DNA of 63,366 nucleotides. It comes from a virus (lineage: Duplodnaviria; Caudoviricetes). Of this stretch, positions 17,669 to 27,613 are shown in pieces (within the stretch, counting starts at the first letter, position 1; the number at the start of each line of letters is the position of its first letter). Where the stretch lies: IMG/VR virus record IMGVR_UViG_3300042894_005834, positions 1 to 63,366 of that record, one strand, 5' to 3'. Made by a program: the position numbers and the translations under genes. The notes beneath the pieces were generated by a model. It did no database searches. It was not told where the DNA came from and saw only the letters and a list, made by a program, of their open reading frames with translations.

Positions 17669-18901
17669 TCAATAAAAACGAAAATTGCGCTGCAAGCGAT
17701 CTGATCCGCCTGGTACTTTCGTCAATGGAGCAATATACTTCATCGCTCCCGCAAAGTCAAGGGCTTCTTTGATGTTAACAAAATTGTCGACTATATTTAA
17801 AAATCTTGGGTTATCCCAAGAATAGTTTTGTTCACGTCCTTTTACAAAAACATAGAGTTTCATAAACATGTGATCGAATTTCTTTTGATTAGAAACATCT
17901 TGAACGTTTATAAAGTTTAAATTATAAAATTTGTAATCAACGATAGTATTACCACTTTTTTCACATATATTAATAATTGGCTCTACTAGTGTTTTTTGGT
18001 TTACAATCCAAGTGTTATAAAATTGCAATAAGTAAAATCTTAGCAAAGTTAAATCATAGCTATATGCCTTAATATAATTAACATCATAGAGATTATCTTG
18101 CGTTAAACCATAGTTGTCCATATATGGCTTCATTGCTGGAGAATCAATGTCTGCCCACAATCTCCATGGAATATGTTTATCAGGGAAAAATCCAAATTTG
18201 GTTGCAGTTTTTTTAAAAAGCGCGTAATTTGGGTCTGCTAAAAAAACAGAATATTTTAGCGCGTCACTTGTTTTATCAAGTCGCTTAACATCAAAACACA
18301 AACCTGATATTTGTGGATCAACCATTCGCGAACTAATGTAACTTGAATAAAGTATAGGAATCGTAGGAGTTGCCGAATCTACATAATCTGTGAATTCATT
18401 AACAAATTGATCAAAGTTTTTAATCTTAATATTTTTCTCGATAATATGTAATTTTAAATTGTCGTAAATCCCCGACATATAATAAAAATACATCTTACCT
18501 GGATCTAGCCAACTAGTACTCGCAACTACGTTCTGTATGATACCCGTATTGGCTGTTTTGCCGATCTTTTTTAAATATTCCCAATAGCTGGTGAATTCTC
18601 TATAAGCATCAGAAACGAAATCCAGTAATTTAACTTGCTGATCTTGAGAAATGTTAATTGTCTTTAGTTTCGCTTGATCTACTACAATTGAAGTATGCTG
18701 TAAATCAACTCGCCCATAGAATTGTTTTTCATACAATATATTGATGGGTTTATTGTCAGAATATAAAGGATTTGTAAAAGATTTTATTTCATATAATTTT
18801 TTTTGATAATATGAAGACAAAGATTTATTCTCATTGTTTCCTGTTGGATTCAAATTAGTATTTAATAGTGGCTCATATGCTTCTTTGTTCATTTTTTTCA
18901 T
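17669..18901 (-). CDS. hypothetical protein (end of tail/baseplate operon)
   Basis: 410 aa ORF coupled to the upstream gene. Confidence 0.7.
   Translation of the reverse strand: MKKMNKEAYEPLLNTNLNPTGNNENKSLSSYYQKKLYEIKSFTNPLYSDNKPINILYEKQFYGRVDLQHTSIVVDQAKLKTINISQDQQVKLLDFVSDAYREFTSYWEYLKKIGKTANTGIIQNVVASTSWLDPGKMYFYYMSGIYDNLKLHIIEKNIKIKNFDQFVNEFTDYVDSATPTIPILYSSYISSRMVDPQISGLCFDVKRLDKTSDALKYSVFLADPNYALFKKTATKFGFFPDKHIPWRLWADIDSPAMKPYMDNYGLTQDNLYDVNYIKAYSYDLTLLRFYLLQFYNTWIVNQKTLVEPIINICEKSGNTIVDYKFYNLNFINVQDVSNQKKFDHMFMKLYVFVKGREQNYSWDNPRFLNIVDNFVNIKEALDFAGAMKYIAPLTKVPGGSDRLQRNFRFY
17732..17760 (-). promoter_or_regulatory. sigma70-type promoter for the polymerase-tubulin pair
   Basis: TTGACT-17-TATATT about 70 nt upstream of the polymerase start. 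Confidence 0.55.
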
Positions 18902-21696
18902 TTAACAATTGCTCCATCTATAATTGTATCTGGTGACACTTTAACCATTTCTTTTTCACCATCATTAATTAAGCCATCGCCAAATGCAGACCAAACAGCT
19001 TTTAGTTCAGTTTTAAAATCACCAATTTCAACTGTGTTCTGAACTTCTGTAACCAGATAATAGCCGCCAAGACCCAACTCGCGTAATAAGTTTTGAGTGT
19101 CTTCAATGCCACCCAGACCAGGATACACAGGTGATAAAAAGATATATGTTCCTGCTTGAAAAGAAGTATTTCCAAACAGTTCAACGTTAACATTATATCT
19201 TTCTCTTATAACTTTTGAAATAACGCGACCTTCGCCAGTGGAAGCCAAGATATTATCTGCTCTACGATGTGGATTATCAATTCTAGAAAATTTAAGATTT
19301 CTTATTGTTCCTTTACTATCTCCAGCATAAAGATGCATTATACCATCTTCTCTGTCTTTTTCGTAATTTACAACTCTTTCATACGGTGCTTCACTCATAC
19401 AATATATAATCATATAATCTTTGTTTGGAATATAATCTTTACTTGTAGGATCGTGATCTCTTTCTGAGAATATTGCCTGTGTTTTCAAAGTCTCTAGAAC
19501 ATCTTGCGATATTCTAAAACCGCCGCCTCTTGGTTGCACTGTGCTATTTACACTATTTAAACTAGACGGTGAATTGAAATAAGTATAATTTCCAATATTA
19601 GCTTTAAAAGCTAGTTCGTTTTTTGGACTAGTGATTGCCGTATAATGCTCAATTGAAACTCTAGCTTTTTGCTTTGGCGTATTAGGATATACATCACTTG
19701 TTAATGCATTAACAAAAAGGTCATTTACTAATGTTGATATAAAGTCGCTTAAAGTCATTTGATCTCTGTTCTTGGTTACGATTGTTTCGTTAAACCAATT
19801 AGCAAAATCTTTATATGATATTGGTATATCGCCAATATTGATAGTAGTTGGTTTTCCATCATAAACTTTTACTATTTTTGAGCCTCCTTGTGTTGCGCCT
19901 TCAATCTTATCGTGTATTTTATATGTTTTTCCATTATCAACTAAACTACCATAGTCCATATAAGTCATCGGCCCTAAGATAGTTCTTACTTTTTTATTAA
20001 TAAAATTTGGGTTCTTTTTATTGGTATCCAAAATAGGATCCATAATTGCTTCAATTAAAGAGCTTAAATAAAAAAATGAAAAATGTTTTGTACCCGAGCG
20101 GGCTAGTGATGCGTTTTCTAATTCTCCACCAACAGATAGTTGAAAAAAATCATTGCTAGCTGCTGTTACTTCTTGATCATTGGCTATACTAGACTCAAGA
20201 GCTGTCTTTCTTGATACTCTGCCACCGCTAGTATCAGATGCTTGTTGCAATACAGCACTGGCTTCATCCAAATTTGGAGTTGACGTACTGGCCACTTCAA
20301 CAGTAGCGGTTTTAAAATCAGTCTTAGTTGAATCTGATGTTTGAAAGCCAGCAATTTTTTCATCGCGTGCGTTAACTTTGGCATTATAATCTTCTATGTC
20401 TTTGATCTTTACAACGTTAGTTAAATCAGTAGTACCTCTAGCTTCTGTTATATACTTAATTAAATCTTCATGATAGCTAAAAAGATGGACTTGCTTTTTC
20501 TGTAACATTCTAGTAGCCATATAATTAAACTTTGCTTTTTTTGAAGATTGTATGGTAGCTTCTAACTTTTCTTTCAAAGATTTAGATCTTTTATCATTAT
20601 CGCCAGTGGTACCTTGTATATCAAATATATTTACGCCAGTGACACGTTCAATCAAGCCACGTTTGTCGACAGCTTCTGGTTTCGCCATTTCTTTTTCTAA
20701 TTCTTCTGCTACCTTAATATCGTTTTTAATTTGTTCAATTAAAGCTTCAAATGCAGGGCCAACCGTTAATACGTTGGCACGTTCTAAATTACGAGCATTC
20801 ATATCTGCTCTGCCAAAATAATCAATACTTAAATCAACTGAGCCGTTTTCATTAAAATCTATAGTGTGACTTACAAACTGTAAGAACATTGTTTCTTTTT
20901 GTTCTTTAAGAGCAGATATGAATAGATCCATATCTGCCCTGGAATTGTTTTGTCTTATACTTTCAAGTCCAGCTTCACTGATTTCCCAGCCAACAACCAT
21001 TTTAATAACATATTGGTCTGGATCATAAACAGCTGTCCCTTGTCCTGTTTCTTTTCTCCAGTCTTTTCTTTGATAAAGAAGATCTTGTATCGCAACATCT
21101 AATATGGTACCGTCTTCTGTTAATACGGCATTTCTTGACTTCATAAATTCTTGTATATTTTGCAAGTGAATATTCATATTCACGCGAAAGCTACTCATAT
21201 TAGCTTCATTTTTTGGATTATGTTTCCAATTAACAGAAGTCAAACCAGCACCGGTACCCAAACCAAGTCCTGAACGATAAATATCATCTATGCCAGTTGC
21301 TCTGGTTTCAAAAGGAATTTCTAGTATTATTTCTTTATCAGTGATCGGATTAAGAAAGACTTTATATAATCTTATCGTTGGTACTAAACTGGAAAGCTCA
21401 AAAGTCGACATTCTAAGAAGAATGTCATTCTTTTTTGGATCACCTTTTAGTAAATTCATAAATTTACTTGGCGTTTTTGTATCGATTAAACAGATACTAG
21501 ATAATCCAGCATCTTTGTCTTTATCTTCTATTATCTGGTTCGCCCGATCTATAGCAGTCTGAGAGGGATTAACAGTATCTCTTATACCGATATCAGAACG
21601 ATTTTTAGTAAGCTCTTTTAAATGAAATAGCAATAAGCCCTGTTCATCTAATACCAGAGCTTTTTTTTCATCAGCTTTTTCGTTTCCATCTGCCAT
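18898..21696 (-). CDS. baseplate hub protein (gp27/VgrG-like)
   Basis: Position after the LysM gene; C-terminal YNVNVELFGN..FQAG.YI...GGYYLVTEVQN..E.G.FKTEL hub pattern. Confidence 0.6.
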   Translation of the reverse strand: MADGNEKADEKKALVLDEQGLLLFHLKELTKNRSDIGIRDTVNPSQTAIDRANQIIEDKDKDAGLSSICLIDTKTPSKFMNLLKGDPKKNDILLRMSTFELSSLVPTIRLYKVFLNPITDKEIILEIPFETRATGIDDIYRSGLGLGTGAGLTSVNWKHNPKNEANMSSFRVNMNIHLQNIQEFMKSRNAVLTEDGTILDVAIQDLLYQRKDWRKETGQGTAVYDPDQYVIKMVVGWEISEAGLESIRQNNSRADMDLFISALKEQKETMFLQFVSHTIDFNENGSVDLSIDYFGRADMNARNLERANVLTVGPAFEALIEQIKNDIKVAEELEKEMAKPEAVDKRGLIERVTGVNIFDIQGTTGDNDKRSKSLKEKLEATIQSSKKAKFNYMATRMLQKKQVHLFSYHEDLIKYITEARGTTDLTNVVKIKDIEDYNAKVNARDEKIAGFQTSDSTKTDFKTATVEVASTSTPNLDEASAVLQQASDTSGGRVSRKTALESSIANDQEVTAASNDFFQLSVGGELENASLARSGTKHFSFFYLSSLIEAIMDPILDTNKKNPNFINKKVRTILGPMTYMDYGSLVDNGKTYKIHDKIEGATQGGSKIVKVYDGKPTTINIGDIPISYKDFANWFNETIVTKNRDQMTLSDFISTLVNDLFVNALTSDVYPNTPKQKARVSIEHYTAITSPKNELAFKANIGNYTYFNSPSSLNSVNSTVQPRGGGFRISQDVLETLKTQAIFSERDHDPTSKDYIPNKDYMIIYCMSEAPYERVVNYEKDREDGIMHLYAGDSKGTIRNLKFSRIDNPHRRADNILASTGEGRVISKVIRERYNVNVELFGNTSFQAGTYIFLSPVYPGLGGIEDTQNLLRELGLGGYYLVTEVQNTVEIGDFKTELKAVWSAFGDGLINDGEKEMVKVSPDTIIDGAIVK

Positions 21697-21697
21697 A

Positions 21698-22039
21698 TCA
21701 ATCACCCATAATTTCTAATATTTTATTCAAAGGTTTTGGAATATATACTGTATTTCCAACTTCATAGTGTGCTTCTGTTGGTTTTTTATTATACCAAGCT
21801 ATAATCCACCATAATGTGGCATCATCATAGTGTTCATAGGCTAATTTATATAGACGATCACCAGCTTTCCAGATGTGTGTATAGATTTGTAGTTGCGATA
21901 ATAAGTTTGCGTCAATATGATCAAATTTTGGAGTAACATATTGAACAATATAATTTACATCTCTTTTTTCAAAATGTTCTTTGTATTCGTCACTATTGTT
22001 TTTGAATTTTTGTTTTGAATTATATCTAGAAAATGTCAT
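21698..22039 (-). CDS. LysM-domain baseplate protein (gp53/tail X-like)
   Basis: GDRLYKLAYEHY.DATLWWIIAWYN...G.TVYIP. Confidence 0.8.
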   Translation of the reverse strand: MTFSRYNSKQKFKNNSDEYKEHFEKRDVNYIVQYVTPKFDHIDANLLSQLQIYTHIWKAGDRLYKLAYEHYDDATLWWIIAWYNKKPTEAHYEVGNTVYIPKPLNKILEIMGD

Positions 22040-22049
22040 ATATTAAGTC

Positions 22050-22958
22050 CTATTTGTTTTTCTTATAATTAATATTTGCCATACCATACGGAAAATATTC
22101 ATCTTCTTCAAAACCAGCAGCTCCTTCTGAACCCTTTGGTTGACCAAATACGTGATTTTGTAATTTTTCACCAGAAACTGCTACAGTATTACTCCACCCA
22201 AGTTCACTGGTATGAATAACTGTTATATTAAGATTAACGGTAAAAAGCTTAGGCACCAGTTTAGAACGTATGAAATGAAAGCCTTGGTCCAGATCTGGGG
22301 CAAAGTTTACCTCGCTGACGATACCAACCAAAGAATCACCAACATCATTAAATTTGTCTGCGTTATATTCTGAATTTATCTCGCCAATCCAGTTCATAAA
22401 TTTAATATACAAAAGAGGTGGAGAACTCATAAACCTGGCGGTTTCTCCTTTTGCCGCAGCAGTTTGAAAGCTGACCGAATTTTCTCTAGCGGCGACGGCG
22501 TTAGCTATATCTCTTTCCATACTGAATGTACCCTCGTTAGTCTGGTCTATACTTTGTGGTGGTTTTGCAAGAGTAGCTATATTAACAGTTTCATACACGG
22601 GATATTGCATAGTTATCAATTTTTGAAGTTCAAAGAAGTTCAAATCCGCTTCTTCAGTTGAATTAGATGGAACATCAAAGGCTACAGAAATAGTTCTTTG
22701 AGTATTTTTATAAGTTTGGATTGCATCCATTCTTCCGAAGGTTTCTTTTGCATTCCAGTTAACTTTAAAATTATCTTTAAACTCTGTAAGAAAAGCTTTG
22801 AAGGTTGCTTGGCTATCGTTTGTACCAACCTTAAGAGATGTCCTGATTGTTGGAACGTGATAGAATTGTATAACAGCGCCGTTTTTGGCAGAACCAATAC
22901 CGTTTCTGAAATCTTTACCTGAAAGATTATCTGTTATGTCATTATCATAAAACGCCAT
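22050..22958 (-). CDS. baseplate tube-initiator-like protein (gp48/gp54-like)
   Basis: W....FGRMD.I.TYKNTQRTIS..F, PP pattern; between tape measure and LysM genes. Confidence 0.6.
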   Translation of the reverse strand: MAFYDNDITDNLSGKDFRNGIGSAKNGAVIQFYHVPTIRTSLKVGTNDSQATFKAFLTEFKDNFKVNWNAKETFGRMDAIQTYKNTQRTISVAFDVPSNSTEEADLNFFELQKLITMQYPVYETVNIATLAKPPQSIDQTNEGTFSMERDIANAVAARENSVSFQTAAAKGETARFMSSPPLLYIKFMNWIGEINSEYNADKFNDVGDSLVGIVSEVNFAPDLDQGFHFIRSKLVPKLFTVNLNITVIHTSELGWSNTVAVSGEKLQNHVFGQPKGSEGAAGFEEDEYFPYGMANINYKKNK

Positions 22959-22975
22959 TTATAGTGTCTCCTATG

Positions 22976-25435
22976 TTACTGAGTACCGGCACCGATTATA
23001 GTACTAGTAGAACCTTCAGTATTTGATAGCTCATTGTTGTTGTTATATTTTAGCTGTACTATCTTTTTCACTATCTTCTTTTCTATTTGCTTACCATCGA
23101 TTTGTATTGGCATTTCGATTGTTATGTTGGCAGTTATTGGACCACCAGCAGAACCGCCAGTATTTGTTCCAGCAGAAGTTTTATTAATTGCCGATACGGC
23201 ACCGGTTTGCCCTTGTGTTGCCAGTGCAGTAGCCATAATTGGCATTAGAACTGGATTTGCCATTGCTAATGAAAAAGCAATTGCAGCATTAGCCAACCTT
23301 TCCATCTGATCCGCCATAAGCGATAAATTATCTTTTATGTTTTCTAATTTAGAAGTATCAAAACCGATTAAGCTGTCAATACCCAATTTTGCATTAGCGA
23401 AACCTTCACCAATATTTTTAAAAGAGTCGCCCAAAGAACTAACCAATGGTACAAGCACTAACAAAGCTGCTATTCCAAGCAAACCAACGGTGCCTAAAGC
23501 CAATAAGCCGACAGCCATAAGACTAAAAGAACCTGCCAATATCGCAAAAGCTAGTGCTGCTGTCAAAGAAGCACTACCACCATCTATAAGGGTTTGTACA
23601 AATGGAACCAAAGCGTCTAAAACCATTTTAAAAGCCATTGCTAATACATAAACTCCAGCCGATAATATTAGTACGGCTAGACTAAATAAACCAAATAAAA
23701 CAATACCGATAAATATTTGTGGTGCTGCTGCTGTTAAGGTTGCGCCTAGAGAAGCAATTCCTTGACCTATAGAGGTAAAAAAAGTTCTTACACCTGCACC
23801 AATTTTGGAAGCTATTTTTGGTAGTATGTTGCCGGTAGAACTTAGTGCCGTCGAAGCACCGAATAATGCTGTTTTCAACATACCAAGTGTACCAATGAAC
23901 GTAAGAAAAATGCCTTTGAGTGCTACAAAACTAGCACCGGCGGCGGCGACAGCAGCGACTGCGGATATAAAAAAACTAACAATAGGATTTGAAGCTATGC
24001 CAGCTAATACATCAACAACGCCGCCCAGAATAGTGGAAAAAACTTTGAAAGCCGGTGCTAATGCACTGACAAGATTTTTTAATTTTTCACCAATTGGTAT
24101 AAAGGATGCAACAGCATCATTAAATGTATTTTCGGCATCTGCTGCAGATTTAGCTTGTTCTGATGTTTGCTTGAAATAACCTGCAGTGGTTTCTAGATCT
24201 TGGCCTATTATGCTAGCAAACATTCTTCTTTGCGCACCAGTTAATTCGTCAAAGCTTTTACCAGTTGATTGTAATGCATTTCTTAGCATATTTGTAGCTT
24301 CTACTGGATCTTCATTAGCTGCTTTTAATAGACCTAAAGTATCAATCAAATTCCCACCAAGTACAGAATTTAATTCACCAGCAGCTTCGGCGGCACCTTC
24401 AAATGTTGTGAATTTTTCAGTTACATCAAGCACTTTACCCATTTCAACACCCATCGACTTAGCTTGAAATGCTAAATTTTTAAATATTTCTGGACCTTGT
24501 TTACCAAATGCTGCTAGTCTTGGCATAACAGATGCCAAGCCATCACTGATCGCTTTAGTAGAAATACTATTTGCTCTAGCAAAAGCAAACAATTCCTTTT
24601 GATATTTCATTGTTTCTTTTGCGCCCATGCCCATACTCAAACTAGCAATATTAAGAAACTTGCTGGTTGTTTGTGAAGAAATACCGGCTTTATCCATTTT
24701 GGCAGTAAATTCTGTTAAATCGGTTTGAGTTTGCTCATTCATACCAGAAAACGATGAAAATTCTGAATTAAGATCCTGGATTGCTCTTGCAGCTTCTTCC
24801 ATGCCTATTCCAAATCTAATATTACTTGATATAACACTAGTGATAACATCATCATATTTTCCAGAAGTATTTGTAGCCTTATTTAGTTCTGCAGTTACTT
24901 GATTAAACTTCTCTGCTAATACCAGAGTTCCAAGGCCGACTTCTTGCAATCTAGCTAACAGTGTGCTTCGCGCTTCTTGAGTACTCATTTTCTGAGTTAC
25001 GTCCCAAACCTTTCTTAGACTCGTTAATTTCATTTCTTCTGCGCTAACTGCGCCAAGAATATTATTTTTAATCTTTACTGTTTCTCGATCTTCTTGTTCT
25101 AATAAATTAATTATTTTTTCTTGTTGTTTAATTTTATCTTTTGAAGATTTACGTTGTACCTCTAATTCAGAAGATATTTGTTTTAAACGTTCCAGCTCTT
25201 CGGCTGTTAATGTTGATAACTGTTGTTTATTTTTTAATTCGATCTGCTCTAATTCTTTAGTCTTGATAGCAATTGCAAGTTCTTCCTTGATCAGTTCAAG
25301 TTGTTTTCTTGCTTCTTCGGTCGACCCTTTGTCTATCTCTAACAGTTCTTCTCTAAGATCTTTGATACGACCTTCGGAAGCTACAACATCTTGTGCATAT
25401 TTAGCTCTTAACTTATCATCATTAATATCAACCAT
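22976..25435 (-). CDS. tape measure protein
   Basis: 819 aa, Ala/Leu/Gly-rich helical with hydrophobic segments, downstream of tube and chaperones. Confidence 0.8.
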   Translation of the reverse strand: MVDINDDKLRAKYAQDVVASEGRIKDLREELLEIDKGSTEEARKQLELIKEELAIAIKTKELEQIELKNKQQLSTLTAEELERLKQISSELEVQRKSSKDKIKQQEKIINLLEQEDRETVKIKNNILGAVSAEEMKLTSLRKVWDVTQKMSTQEARSTLLARLQEVGLGTLVLAEKFNQVTAELNKATNTSGKYDDVITSVISSNIRFGIGMEEAARAIQDLNSEFSSFSGMNEQTQTDLTEFTAKMDKAGISSQTTSKFLNIASLSMGMGAKETMKYQKELFAFARANSISTKAISDGLASVMPRLAAFGKQGPEIFKNLAFQAKSMGVEMGKVLDVTEKFTTFEGAAEAAGELNSVLGGNLIDTLGLLKAANEDPVEATNMLRNALQSTGKSFDELTGAQRRMFASIIGQDLETTAGYFKQTSEQAKSAADAENTFNDAVASFIPIGEKLKNLVSALAPAFKVFSTILGGVVDVLAGIASNPIVSFFISAVAAVAAAGASFVALKGIFLTFIGTLGMLKTALFGASTALSSTGNILPKIASKIGAGVRTFFTSIGQGIASLGATLTAAAPQIFIGIVLFGLFSLAVLILSAGVYVLAMAFKMVLDALVPFVQTLIDGGSASLTAALAFAILAGSFSLMAVGLLALGTVGLLGIAALLVLVPLVSSLGDSFKNIGEGFANAKLGIDSLIGFDTSKLENIKDNLSLMADQMERLANAAIAFSLAMANPVLMPIMATALATQGQTGAVSAINKTSAGTNTGGSAGGPITANITIEMPIQIDGKQIEKKIVKKIVQLKYNNNNELSNTEGSTSTIIGAGTQ

Positions 25436-25447
25436 TTAAAGTGACCT

Positions 25448-25774
25448 CTATTTAAATGGCCATTTAAGACCAGTAGTTCTTTCAAAAGCAGCTGTTGCTT
25501 TATCTAATTCAGCTTTTGAACGATAAGTTTGTGGATTATCTAACCCATATGAATGAAAAGCTACCATATATTTCTTTTCATAAGATAAGGCATTTTTAAG
25601 TGCATCAATCTGTTGTTCTGTACCACGAATCGTAATCGGTGGCGTCGGCATACCAAACATGCGTTGCATCATAGTTTTTATTAAACCACCAAATATACGA
25701 AGAAAGCTTTCATTTAGCTGCTTATTATGTGCAGTATTTAAATCAAGAACAAGAGAAATGGGTTTATTAGACAT
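25448..25774 (-). CDS. hypothetical virion-associated protein
   Basis: AGGAG SD and late motif upstream; ends FERTTGLKWPFK. Confidence 0.7.
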   Translation of the reverse strand: MSNKPISLVLDLNTAHNKQLNESFLRIFGGLIKTMMQRMFGMPTPPITIRGTEQQIDALKNALSYEKKYMVAFHSYGLDNPQTYRSKAELDKATAAFERTTGLKWPFK

Positions 25775-25793
25775 TTAAAGAAGTCTCCTTTGT

Positions 25794-25801
25794 TAAGTAG
25801 T
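25794..25801 (-). promoter_or_regulatory. putative late promoter ACTACTTA
   Basis: Matches the ACTAnTTA consensus. Confidence 0.5.
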
Positions 25802-25807
25802 TTTATC

Positions 25808-25839
25808 AAAAATATATAGGGCCATTATAGCCCCATATA
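25808..25839 (-). terminator. intrinsic terminator
   Basis: Imperfect GC stem (GGGGC..GCCCT) followed by a T-rich tract. Confidence 0.5.
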
Positions 25840-25843
25840 CGAA

Positions 25844-26033
25844 TCATTTTTTGTTAGCTTTTTCTATAGCTTCTTTTTCGTCTTGTTTTTGTTTTACCAA
25901 TCGATTAAGAAACCAAAGTCTTATTTTTACTGGAAGGTTATAGGCTTCTGTGAAACTCCACCCACCATGGTATTTAAGAAGAAAAAACTGTTCATAAACA
26001 TTTTCAATGTAATGATCACTTAGGCCAAAAAAA
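25844..26033 (-). CDS. gp51-like baseplate/tail assembly chaperone, probably expressed by frameshift from the upstream gene
   Basis: YEQFFLLKYHGGWSFTEAYNLPVKIRLWF; no convincing own start; T7 run at the junction. Confidence 0.7.
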
Positions 26034-26870
26034 GTCCACTGTAAAGGGCACCTCAATGTCTTGTTCGAAAGAACATGAAGAACATACGAAGTTTTGCTTC
26101 ATATCTATATTTGGCATAATTTCACGATAGACTAAACGTAATTGTCTGGCATCAAGTGCAGGTAGATTATCAACAAACTGCTTTATAACAGCTTTGCTTT
26201 TTTCACCATTAACAGACACAAGATAAGCTTTCATCTGCGTTGTAGATGATTCTTCTGGTAAGTTAAGCTTCTTTTTCTTTTCTATCAGATCTGAAAGTTC
26301 TGTTTCGTCTTTGCCGAACAAAGGACATACTTCGACCAAAGCTTTTGTTCTTGGAAGAGTAAAGGTAAATGTATTGTTGTTTGTTTTTGTAACTCCAAGA
26401 TCTTCCATTGAATCACAAACATGATGATCTAACTTTTCTAAATCAAATTCGTGTTTAGCGTTAACGCCACAATTTGGACAACTTATTGCTGTTTTATAAG
26501 ATGAACCATATCCTGAAATTCTAGCAGCTACTATCAAGGCATTTTTGTCGCCTAATAACATGTTGTCGACTTTAATTGATTTATCAACAATCAAGCTTTC
26601 TAACATTCTATCAACTGCAACTCCTTTTTTAATAAGCGAGCGAGAAGTAAGAATATCTTCTTCTTTTGCAGTCATAAACTTTAATTCAAGTTTGTCTTTA
26701 CCAACAAGAGGATGACCTTCTGGATAAAACTGTCCTTTTGATGGTAAGTCGACAAATTCAGTTGGACTTACAAAACTTAATAAACTATTCTGTGTTGTTT
26801 GAACTTGCATTTGCGAAACAGGGGCATCTGCCACGTTTAATGCGCCTAATCTATCTTCATTATCTCTCAT
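26016..26870 (-). CDS. gp26-like baseplate hub assembly protein / tail assembly chaperone
   Basis: VDLPSKG.FY, MTAKEEDIL, ARISGYG, CPNC, CSSC, ends VPFTVDFFWP. Confidence 0.8.
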   Translation of the reverse strand: MRDNEDRLGALNVADAPVSQMQVQTTQNSLLSFVSPTEFVDLPSKGQFYPEGHPLVGKDKLELKFMTAKEEDILTSRSLIKKGVAVDRMLESLIVDKSIKVDNMLLGDKNALIVAARISGYGSSYKTAISCPNCGVNAKHEFDLEKLDHHVCDSMEDLGVTKTNNNTFTFTLPRTKALVEVCPLFGKDETELSDLIEKKKKLNLPEESSTTQMKAYLVSVNGEKSKAVIKQFVDNLPALDARQLRLVYREIMPNIDMKQNFVCSSCSFEQDIEVPFTVDFFWPK

Positions 26871-26881
26871 CTAGCACCTCT

Positions 26882-26921
26882 AAAAGAAAAATGGGTATAC
26901 CATTAAATATAGTATACCCAT
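26882..26921 (-). terminator. intrinsic terminator after the tail tube gene
   Basis: ATGGGTATAC-loop-GTATACCCAT then TTTTCTTTT. Confidence 0.75.
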
Positions 26922-26948
26922 AAATTTCTTTTGTTAAGTGGCTAACTA

Positions 26949-27563
26949 TCAGGTGCCTGGTCTAAACAATGTTACGTTGGTGTCATCCGTACCATATTCA
27001 CAATAATCATAGGTTATTGTAATATCTACTGTAGCAAGATCTTCACCTTCATAACTAAGCTCTGATGGTTTAAAAGCTGTGATAAATGCATTTTTAAGAT
27101 TCCATTGCTCTATTACCAAGCCATTTGCGTCAACCATCTTTATTTGGACACCATTAGCGGCTGCACCGGCTGCAGGATCACCACCAGCTAAAGCAGTAGA
27201 TGCTTTGTTTTTAGCAATAGTTCCCAACTGATTGTCACCGCCAGCACCAGCATTTGACGGAACAATATAGCCAGAATCACTTAGAATGGCTAAGAGATTG
27301 AACATAACATTATCATTACCTGCTTCACCGTTGGCACCTGAACCAGCAACATCGACCATTGTTAAACTAACTGGTTTCCAAGTTGGACGTCCAGGATAAT
27401 TAAATGTGTGATTAAGATATTTATGCTCTTTACTGGAGACTTCAATTTCTGGTCTTCCAACTTTTGTGGCAAAATACATATTGCCTTGATGAATACCATC
27501 GAATTGAACAATCCAACGATTTTGTCTTTTTGGTTCTATTTTTCCGTCTGTCCAAAAACTCAT
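26949..27563 (-). CDS. tail tube protein (gp19-like)
   Basis: EPKRQNRW, YPGRPTWKPV.LT, EQWNLKNAF, LSYE, ITYDY; follows the sheath. Confidence 0.88.
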   Translation of the reverse strand: MSFWTDGKIEPKRQNRWIVQFDGIHQGNMYFATKVGRPEIEVSSKEHKYLNHTFNYPGRPTWKPVSLTMVDVAGSGANGEAGNDNVMFNLLAILSDSGYIVPSNAGAGGDNQLGTIAKNKASTALAGGDPAAGAAANGVQIKMVDANGLVIEQWNLKNAFITAFKPSELSYEGEDLATVDITITYDYCEYGTDDTNVTLFRPGT

Positions 27564-27588
27564 TTTAAAATTCTCCTATTATCACATT

Positions 27589-27596
27589 TAATTAGT
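27589..27596 (-). promoter_or_regulatory. putative late promoter ACTAATTA
   Basis: Matches consensus; upstream of the tube RBS. Confidence 0.55.
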
Positions 27597-27613
27597 ATAA
27601 ACTTGTTTATTTA

